This document shows positions 52,781 to 62,195 of a stretch of DNA of 64,000 nt, one piece after another. The first letter of the stretch is position 1. Every line of letters starts with the position of its first letter. The notes under the pieces were generated by a model, which worked only from the letters and a program-made list of their open reading frames with translations, was not told the DNA's origin and searched no databases. The stretch lies in NCBI RefSeq assembly GCF_044704955.1, contig NC_091980.1:13330001-13394000 (forward strand), read 5' to 3'. This stretch comes from Pristiophorus japonicus. Lineage: Eukaryota. The position numbers were made by a program, and so were the translations under genes.

Positions 52781-53056
52781 AGTTTTCTGCCAAATGCATG
52801 AGCCCTAGCTCCATTAATGTATCTATTCGGAACTGGGTTCACTCTGCTTAAACATATTGCATGTAATTCCCAAACAGCGAGGGAACCACATGCTATCAGT
52901 CTAGACAGGACTCGGACCCATGTCTCAAACATTAAAAAGTTAGTGCTAATGTGTTCTTTCCCTCCAAAATCTCAAATGTCTATCTTATCGAATGGCAGAG
53001 CTAGCTTGTAGGATCGAATAGCCTACTTCTCTGCCTATTTTTTATGTTCTTATTGC

Positions 53057-53462
53057 TCATCATCATCATAGGCAGTCCCTGGAAATCGAGGAAGACTTGC
53101 TTTCACTCTAAAAGTGAGTTCTTAGGTGACTGAAGAGTCCAATGCGGGAATTTCAGTCTCTGTCACAGGTGGACAAGCAGTCGTTGAAGGAAAGGATGGG
53201 TGGTGAACCTGGTTTGCCGCACGCTCCTGCCGCTGCCTGCGTTTGTTTTTTGCATGCTCTCAGCAACGAGATTCGAGATGCTCAGAGCCCTCCCGGATGC
53301 TCTCCCTCCACTTAGGGCAGTCTTTGGCCAGGAACTCCCAGGTGTCGGTGGGGATGTTGCATTTTATCAAGGAGGCTTTGAGGGTGTCCTTAATTTCCTC
53401 TGCCCATCTGGCGCTCGCTTGCCATGTAGGAATTCCGAGTAGAGTTCTTGCTTTGGGAGTAT
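53057..53462 (-). mobile_element. RTE-clade LINE 3' end
   Basis: Reverse strand codes, with lesions, LHGKRAP.GQRK..KDTLKASLIKCNIPTDTWE.LAKD...WR and a CxxC...SRIGLFSHLRTH zinc-finger-like end; (ATG)n tail. Confidence 0.8.
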
Positions 53463-53504
53463 ATTGTCATCAGCCTAAAGATTAGCAAATATAAGATTTT
53501 AAAA

Positions 53505-54570
53505 AGCAAGACGCATTTATACAGCATCTTTCATGACCACCATAAGAACATAAGAAATAGGAGCAGGAGTAGGCCACCTGGCCCTCGAGCCTGCTCTGCC
53601 ATTTAATATGATCATGGTTGATCTGATTATGGACTTAGCTCCACTTCCCTGCCCAATCCCCATAATCCTTTATTCCCTATCGCTCAAAAATCTGTCTGCC
53701 TCTGCCTTAAATATATTCAATGACCCAGCCTCCACAGCTCTCTGCGGCAGAGAATTCCATAGACTTACAACCCTCTGAGAGAAGAAATTCCTCCTCATCT
53801 CAGTTGTAAATGGACGGCCCCTTATTCTGAGACTAGGTCCCCTAGTTTTAGTTTCCCCTATAAGTGGAATTATCCTCTCTGCATCCACCTTGTCGAGCCC
53901 CCTCATTATCTTACATGTTTCGATTAGATCACCTGAACTCCAATGAGTATAGGCCCAACCTACTCAACCTTTCCTCATAAGTCAACCCCCTCATCTCCGG
54001 AATCAACCTAGTGAACCTTCTCTGAACAGCCTCCAATACAATATATCCTTCCTTATATACGGAGAATAAAACTGTACACGGTACTCCAGGCGTGGCGTCA
54101 CCAATAACCTGTACAGTTGTAGCAGGACTTCTTTGCTTTTGTACTCTATCCCCCTTGCAATAAAGGCCAGCATTCCATTTGCCTTCCTGATTAATGCTGT
54201 ACCTGCTTACTCACATTGTGTGTTTCATAAACAAGGACCCCCAGGTCCCTCTGTACCAGACATCCCAAATTGTTTTACAATCAATGAAGTGCTTTCTGAA
54301 GTGTAGTCACTGTTGCAATGTAGGAAATGCGGCAGCCTATTTGTGCTTGGCTAGCGCCCAGGAAGACCAACGTGATAATGACCAGCTAATCTGTTTTTTA
54401 GTGATGTTGATTGAGGCATAAATGTTGCCTAGGACACTGGGGATAACTCACCTGCTCTTCTTCTACATCCACCTGAGAGAGCAGACCGGGTCTCAGTGTA
54501 ATATCTCATCTGAAAGACAGCACCGCCAAAAATGTAGCACTCCCCAGTGCTGCACTGAAGTGTCAGCCTA
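53505..54570 (-). mobile_element. DeuSINE-like SINE split by a CR1 insertion
   Basis: Tail at 53505-53541 and body at 54257-54570 match 51765-52200. Confidence 0.65.
53541..54253 (-). mobile_element. Young CR1 3' fragment, minus strand
   Basis: (CATAAGAA)n tail; ORF MRGLDKVDAER...WNSLPQRAVEA. Confidence 0.9.
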
Positions 54571-54774
54571 GGTTTTTGTGAATTAATTCTATTTAACAAA
54601 AAATAACATCAGAGAGTTTGGGGTTTATCTGAGTCCCCGGTGTCTCAGAAATTAAGTGCCCATGAAAATGTGGTTCCTACCGCATTCTCTGAAATGTTAA
54701 TATATTAATTGGAAAAGAAAAGAATGGTTTTGCAGAGAGAAGAAAACATCCAAAACATTAAAAGAAAAGGTTCA

Positions 54775-54985
54775 TTACATTTTTGGTTGCACAACAATAA
54801 ATGCAAATAATAACGCTTTAGCAGGACATGCTAGCTTTAAGAAGTCAACAGTACTCTGATTGGCTTAACATGAATTCGCCAATCGGAAGCTAGTATGTGA
54901 CTGGAGATCCTGACTGCCCCTTCCCTTCCCATCCACCATCACATACGATCCGAAACAATGTAAAATTGGATAGCGAGCTACGCAG
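54775..54985 (+). promoter_or_regulatory. Putative promoter of exon 8 (CSE core deleted)
   Basis: TTGCACAA 54787, AGCTTTAAG 54833, ATTGG 54859, CCAAT 54879 (20-bp rather than 30-bp spacing). Confidence 0.7.
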
Positions 54986-55199
54986 GGTTGCAGCCGTTTT
55001 CGCGGAAACATCTATTGGGGATTTTAGCCACAAAATGGAGACTTTTCTGAAACAATCTCGACGATTTCTTAAAAAGCAAAGGTATTTTTCTGCACTGCAG
55101 CCTTTCTAGTGAAGAAATTAGGCGTAAATTATTTTAATCTAAGGTTGAACCGAACGTCACGGAGCCGCGCTGAAGCAATTGGAATGTTTAACACTGGCA

Positions 55200-57665
55200 A
55201 TGAGATGTTACAACATATTTTGTTTTATAAAATGGGAACTGCTATATTGCATGTTTATCTCCTGGAAAGGAGTTTCAGGAGAGATTCGTTATTCGATTCC
55301 TGAAGAATTGCAACTGGGCGCCTTTGTTGGGAACATTGCGGACGATTTGGGATCAGATGTAAAGCAGCTCTCGGCTCGGAATTTTCGACTTGTGTCAGAT
55401 TCAAAAAAGCAGTATCTGGAAGTACATTTAGACAATGGGATTCTGTTTGTCAAGGAAAGAATTGACAGAGAAGAGCTATGTGGGCCGAGCCTCACTTGTG
55501 TCCTGTCTATGGAGGCCGTGCTTGAAAATCCTCTTAACCTGTACCAAATCGAGGTGGATATTCTGGATATAAACGACAACGCACCCCGTTTTCCAAAGAG
55601 CCAGTTCCGCCTTGAAATCTCCGAGCTTGCTGCGCCGGGAGCGCGCTTCGCCCTGGAGTGCGCGCACGATCCGGACGTTGGACCCAACTCGGTGCAAACC
55701 TACCAGCTGATTGCAAATGAATACTTCGTGCTTAATGTTGAGGCGGGCATTCGAGATGGGAAGTTGCCAATGTTAGTGCTGGAAAAGCCTCTGGACAGAG
55801 AGAAGCGGTCGACGCACCGGTTACTGCTACTAGCCAAAGACGGCGGGGTCCCCGAAAGGTCTGGCACTGCTCAGATCAACATCGTACTGGAAGATGCCAA
55901 CGACAACGCGCCGGTTTTCCCTCAATCCGTTTACAGGATCGAACTACCAGAAAATGTGACCAAAGGAACTTTGGTACTGCAGGTAAATGCCACTGATTTG
56001 GATGAAGGCTCCAATGGAGAGATTGTGTACTCTTTCAGTAGCCATACCTCTGCTAGAGTCCGTAAACAGTTTACTTTGGATTCCAAAAGTGGTGAAATAC
56101 GAGTTAAAACGAATTTGGACTATGAGGAGCATAGTGTATTTGAGATTATTATACAAGCAAAGGACAATGGGGCTCACGCAACCCCAGTTAACTGCCACGT
56201 TGTATTGAACATTATTGATGTAAATGATAATGCACCTGAGGTGACACTGACTTCGTTATCTAGCCCAATTCCCGAAGACTCGCTGCCTGGAACTGTAGTG
56301 GCTCTGATCAGTGCGTCAGACAGAGATTCCGGTGAAAATGGGCAGCTGCGATGCCGAGTCGGAAATAATCTTCCTTTCGCGCTGGATTCATCCTCGAAGA
56401 AGTACTTACGATTGCTTACGCAGGACCCGCTGGACCGCGAATCCGCCTCCACGTTTAACGTTACCGTCACCTGCAGTGACGGGGGAAGCCCGCCTCTCAC
56501 AGCCAACAAAACCATCCCGGTTGAAGTTTCGGACAGAAATGACAACGCGCCGCAATTTGCGCAACCTGTCCTTACAGCATACGTGATGGAGAACAATAAT
56601 ATTGGCGCGTCCATTTTCTCAGTGACAGCATTTGATGCGGACATAGACCAGAATGCTCGGCTATCCTATGCTATCCTGGACAGTCGGGTTCAGGGCGAAT
56701 CAGTAAGCAATTATGTCTATATTAATTCAGAGAATGGTATTATATATTCCTATAGATCTTTTGACTATGAACAATTAAAAAACTTTCGGATCCAAGTTCG
56801 GGCACATGACCGTGGAGTCCCACCACTCGCCAGCAACGTTTCCATAGACATCATTATCCTTGATCAGAATGACAATGCCCCAGTGATCGTGTATCCATTA
56901 AGCGAGTATGGGTCAACAGCGACAGAGACTCTGTCGCGTTTTGCGGAACCAGGGTATCTGGTGGTCAAGATGGCGGCCACTGATGCCGACTCTGGACAAA
57001 ATGCTCGGCTCTCCTACCAGATCATCCATGCTACCAAATCGGGACTGTTTACTATTTCATCGGACACGGGCGAAATATGGACAGCCCGTGATATTGCAAA
57101 GACAGATTCATCCAAGCAGAGGTTGGTCATCCTGGTAAGTGACCATGGGACACCAGCACTTTCTGCCACAATGTCGATCACATTGTCAGTGGTTGAGGGC
57201 GATGCAGAAATGCTCTCAGGCAGAAGCAGTCTGCCCGAAAACCGTGACTTCGCTTCTGATACAAGCCTTTACTTGGTCATATCTTTAGGAATAATCTCGT
57301 CCATTTTTCTGGTGGTTTTAATTATTCTAGCTGTTAAAGTTCATAAAAACCGAAATGCCTTCGGTGGCCACAACTGTGCTTTGGGTCCATGTTGCTGCTT
57401 TGAATCAAGGCATTCGATGAATGGAATTCAGAAAGCCAGACGTAACCTTCAGATCCCTCCCAACTATGTTGAAGTATTTGGAGGCGATCCTCTTTCTCAA
57501 AGTTTCCGCTATGAGACATGTTCAACGTCACGTTCGATAAAGAGAGACTTCTTGTTCCCCAACACGTGCAGTTCGTCGACAGGCAAGAATCAAGCCAAGA
57601 GCGGAATCATTGCAAACGGAGGAAAATCAGCATTTTCAAATTCTGAAAACTCTATACATCGTGAG
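55200..57665 (+). CDS. Clustered protocadherin variable exon 8 (822 codons; divergent subgroup)
   Basis: ATG at 55200. Donor GAG|GTGAGG at 57665/57666. Unspliced stop at 57692. Confidence 0.95.
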
Positions 57666-58000
57666 GTGAGGCGCCTGAAAGGTCAATCTTAACCGAACAA
57701 ATGCAGGTAGAATGGTATTAGGAAGTTAGAACTCTTGTTTTACTTGTTATGCAATACTTTATCATCGTTTACAGACCGGCCCACAAGTGCGGTGTTAAAT
57801 AGTTGCTTTACCATCGTTAACAGTTAAAGAGCTGTTGTAGCTGTCTCTTTACTGTACCCCGTTACAACACATTCGACCATTAACAAGATTGAGTGCTTTA
57901 CTGTTGCAACCAAAACATTAGTTGGTTACAAGACAAAATATGAAAGTTTGCCATTGCCTCGATAGCTGTGATAACAGCATTTTTTTCATTTATATTTGCA

Positions 58001-58362
58001 AGGGTAGCATAGTGGTAATGTTACCTGGAGATCGCATCACGGCAGCCGGGGAATTTAAATTCAGTTAATGAAATAAATCTGGAATATTAAAAAAAAACTA
58101 GTATCAATAATGGTAACCATGAAACTACCGGATTGTCGGAAAACCCCATCAAGTTCACTAATGTCCTTTAGGGAGGGAAATCTGCATCCTTACTATTCTG
58201 GTCTATATATGACTCCAGACCCACAGTAATGTGGTTGACTCTTAAATGCCTTCTGAAATGGTGGCTCACCACCACCTTCTTACGGGCAATTCGGGATGGG
58301 AAATAAATGCTGGCCTTGCAGGCGACACGCACGTCCCAGGTACGAATAAATAAAATAAAAAA
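58001..58362 (+). mobile_element. tRNA-derived SINE with LINE-derived 3' tail
   Basis: Head GGTAGCATAGTGGTAATG; tail CACCACCTTCT...GGGCAATTCGGGATGGG..ATAAATGCTGGCC...GAATAAATAAAA shared with the LINE at 62196. Confidence 0.72.
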
Positions 58363-58759
58363 TCAGTTGAGAGTCCAAGGTTCATAATGTAGGGCACTAT
58401 CACGGTTGCAAACATCCCATTTCAACTTGATGGGGGGCTACACGCCGAAATGGGTTAAAAAGAATTTCAGGGAGAGTTCATTAATATTCACACTTCCTAT
58501 TTTATTTTAGTCATCATGTAGCATTGCCGAATATAATTACAGATAACGTGCAGGTGAATTAGTTAGGTTTAATGGAGGAATGAATCAGAATACCTGAGCT
58601 TGTGAATCAAACCAATGGGTCATCAATGACGCTTTCAGTGAAGAGTATTGTTTGATTAGGGTTCTGATAAAGTGTCAATTAAGTCTCAAATCTACTTAAA
58701 ATATAATCATTAGTGTAACAGAGTGTGGGAACTCCAAAATAATGAAAGAGAAGGTCGGT

Positions 58760-58980
58760 TAGATTTTACATTGCACAGCAATAAATGCTACTATTGCGCA
58801 AAGATTGAGGAAGGCAGTGCAGCTTTAAGAAATGCTCAGCGTCGTGATAGGCTGAATGAAAGTCAACCTTTTTCCACCAATGAAAAGCTGTAATGTGACT
58901 GGAGATCCTTGCTGCGTAACCCTCCCCTTCCGCCATTATATACGACCAGATACCGTGTAACATTGGGTAAAGCTGCGTGT
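58760..58980 (+). promoter_or_regulatory. Putative promoter of exon 9
   Basis: TTGCACAG 58771, TTGCGCAA 58794, AGCTTTAAG 58821, ATAGG 58847, CCAAT 58877, GACTGGAGATC, GTGTAACATTGG. Confidence 0.7.
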
Positions 58981-59194
58981 CGCTACATTAGCTTCTCTAC
59001 ATTCATCCATTGGCGATTTTAGAATAATTAAGGTTTGTCAGAATAATTACGCAGATTTTGTTTAAAGTACGTTTGTTTTTTTTAGGCAATACTAGCTGTT
59101 TTAATCAAAATGGAAACATAATTGACTCTTTTTCCCAGGAATTATTCAACGGCGCCGCGTTGTGCTCAGTCACTCGAAATGCTTTGTGCTGGAA

Positions 59195-61645
59195 ATGGAG
59201 CATTATAAAATATATTGGTTATTGAAATGGCAACTTTTATATTCTATCATCTCTTCCTGGGAACTAGTTTCTGGACAGATACGATACTCGATTCCTGAAG
59301 AGCTGAACGTGGACGCCTTTGTTGGGAATATCGCAGAGGATTTAGGTTTGGATATTAATGATCTCTCGGCTCGCGGCTTTCAGATTGTGTCTGGCCCCAG
59401 TAAGCAGTATATGGACGTAAATTTAGACAATGGGATTCTGTTTGTGAAGGAAACAATGGACAGAGAAATGCTCTGTGGGCCGAGCCTCGCTTGCACATTG
59501 TCCTTGGAAGCCGTGATCGAAAATCCCCTGAATGTGTACCATTTTCAAGTGGAGATTCTGGATGTAAATGACAACGCTCCGAGTTTCCCTGAGAGCCAGT
59601 TACGTCTGGAAATCTCGGAGGTGGCCGCCCCGGGAACGCGCTTTGCCCTGGAGTGCGCGCACGACCCGGACGTTGGCAGCAACTCGGTGCAAAGCTACCA
59701 GCTGGCAGCCAACGGCTACTTCGCTCTCGATGTCGAGACGCGCGGCGGGGACGGAAAGTTGCCGGTCTTAGTCTTGGAAAGACCTCTGGACAGGGAACAG
59801 GAGAGCACCTACAGGTTAGTGTTAACTGCTAGGGACGGAGGGTCCCCTGAGCGATCTGGCACGGCTCAAATATTGATTGCGATCGAGGATGCCAACGACA
59901 ACGCACCTGTTTTCCCACAGTCGGTGTATAGGGTCAGCTTGCTGGAGAATGTGCCCACAGGAACCTTGGTGACCAAAGTAGCCGCCTCTGATTTGGATGT
60001 AGGTCTCAATGGACAGGTAGTGTATTCGTTTAGCAGTCATACCTCCAATAGAGTCCGTGAACTGTTTGGTCTGGATTCAAAAACGGGTGAAATCAGAATT
60101 AAGAAGAATTTGGACTATGAAGAAAACAGTGTTTTTGAGATTAATGTACAAGCCAAGGACAAGGGAGCTCACGCAACCCCTGCTTACTGTCATGTGGTGG
60201 TTGACATCGTTGACGTGAATGACAACGCACCTGAGGTGACACTCACATCTATATTCAGTCCTATCGGCGAAGACTCCCTCCCCGGTACTGTGGTGGCCCT
60301 GATCAGCTCAACAGACAAAGACTCGGGAGAAAACGGACACGTGCATTGTCAAATCCCAAATGAACTCCCTTTCAAACTAGATTCGTCCTTAAATAACTAT
60401 TACAGATTAGTTACCCGGGAGACATTGGACCGCGAGCATGTACCAAACTACAGTGTCGCCATCGTATGCAGTGATGCCGGAATCCCTCCACTCACATGCA
60501 ACAAAACTATCCGGGTGGAGGTATCAGATATAAATGACTACTCGCCGCACTTTGCGCAGCCTTTATATACAGCTTACATGATGGAGAACAACGCTATCGG
60601 CGCGTCCATATTCTCGGTGGCTGCTTTCGATCCAGATTTAAGTCAGAACGCTCGCCTGTCCTACTTCATCCTGGAGACTCTGATTCAGGGCAATTCCGTA
60701 TCCACTTATGTCTCCATTAACTCGCACAGCGGTGTCATATTTTCTCGGAGAACTTTCGACTACGAGCAACTCAAAAACTTTCAGCTCCAAGTTCAGGCCT
60801 GGGATTCCGGAGTCCCACCACTTTCCGGCAACACTTCAGTGGATGTTATTATCCTTGATCAGAATGACAACGCCCCCGTGATCGTGCACCCATTGCCCGA
60901 GTTCGGCTCCACTGTGTTAGAGACGTTATCCCGCTTCGCAGAGCCGGGCTACCTGGTTGCTAAAGTCTCTGCTACTGACAGCGACACGGGCCAGAATGCT
61001 CGACTTACGTACCAGATTCTCCAAGCTACTGACGCTGGCCTCTTCACCATTTCCCCAGATACGGGAGAAATCTGGACCATCCGCGGTATTGTGAAGCATG
61101 ACGCCACGAAGCAAAGGTTGTTAATCGGTGTTAAAGACAATGGATCACCGCCACTTACAGCCACCGCCACATTCCTCCTGTCTGTGGTTGGAACCGATAA
61201 ACAAATGCTCTCCGATGTGAGCAGTTTGTCCGAAGATCCCGGCTTCGTTTCTGATATCAGCTTTTACCTGGTCATAACGTTAGGAGTCATCTCGTCCATT
61301 TTCCTGGTGATTTTGATTGTTCTCGCTATTAAGGTCCACAAAAGCTTTTCTCTAGAGACGTGTGGCTGTTTTGCAGCAAGGAACTCGCTACATGGCGTTC
61401 AAAGAGGTGGCAGAAACCTACAGATACCACCGAACTATGTTGAAGTGTTTGGGGGTGATCCGCTTTCTCAGAGTTTCCGCTATGATACATGCTCATCTTC
61501 ACATTCCACCAAGAGAGAGTTCACCTTATCCAACAGGTGTAGTGCGTCTACGCGTAAGAATAACGTCCCGAGTGGCACTTTGGCGAATAGAGACACCCCA
61601 CGAACACCAAACTCTGCGCAATACAAGGTCACTGCCAATAATGAG
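59195..61645 (+). CDS. Clustered protocadherin variable exon 9 (817 codons; divergent subgroup)
   Basis: ATG at 59195. Donor GAG|GTGAGG at 61645/61646. Shortened juxtamembrane segment. Unspliced stop at 61690. Confidence 0.95.
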
Positions 61646-62195
61646 GTGAGGTTCTTATCCGAGGGCGAAAAGAACACCTCATGGTTTTGATTTGGATTTA
61701 CAAATTTTCACTGAAAGCCTATCGATCATGAAGATCGGATTGAGGAAATACCTTGAGAGTCAGCCCTTTGAATTTCCTTTGCTATCTGAATTCCCAACCG
61801 CTATTCCTGGACCAGCTCCTGTGCTAATCAATATTTTGTCCTTCGGTGCGTTCATATTGTTTTACCATTAAGTTGAATGTGGCAGTTAGAGAATGTTACC
61901 TTTAAGTATGTTTGGATAAATCACAACCACACAAACCAAATGCACCTCCTTCAACATACTATCATCTATATTTTAGTGGAAGGAAAACAAATATTGCTCA
62001 CTATGGTATTTCGCCATGGTCTATGAGGTTAAAACTATTGTGTTATCGGTGCTCTGTTGTTGCTACTCGATATTTGCCATGAACTGTACTGTTGGATTTA
62101 CATTTCTATGGAGAATTATAAAATCACATATTTTTCTCGGAACGATTCAAAGAAGCAATCAGTCAATTATATGAATTACATGGACTCAGTGGGGA

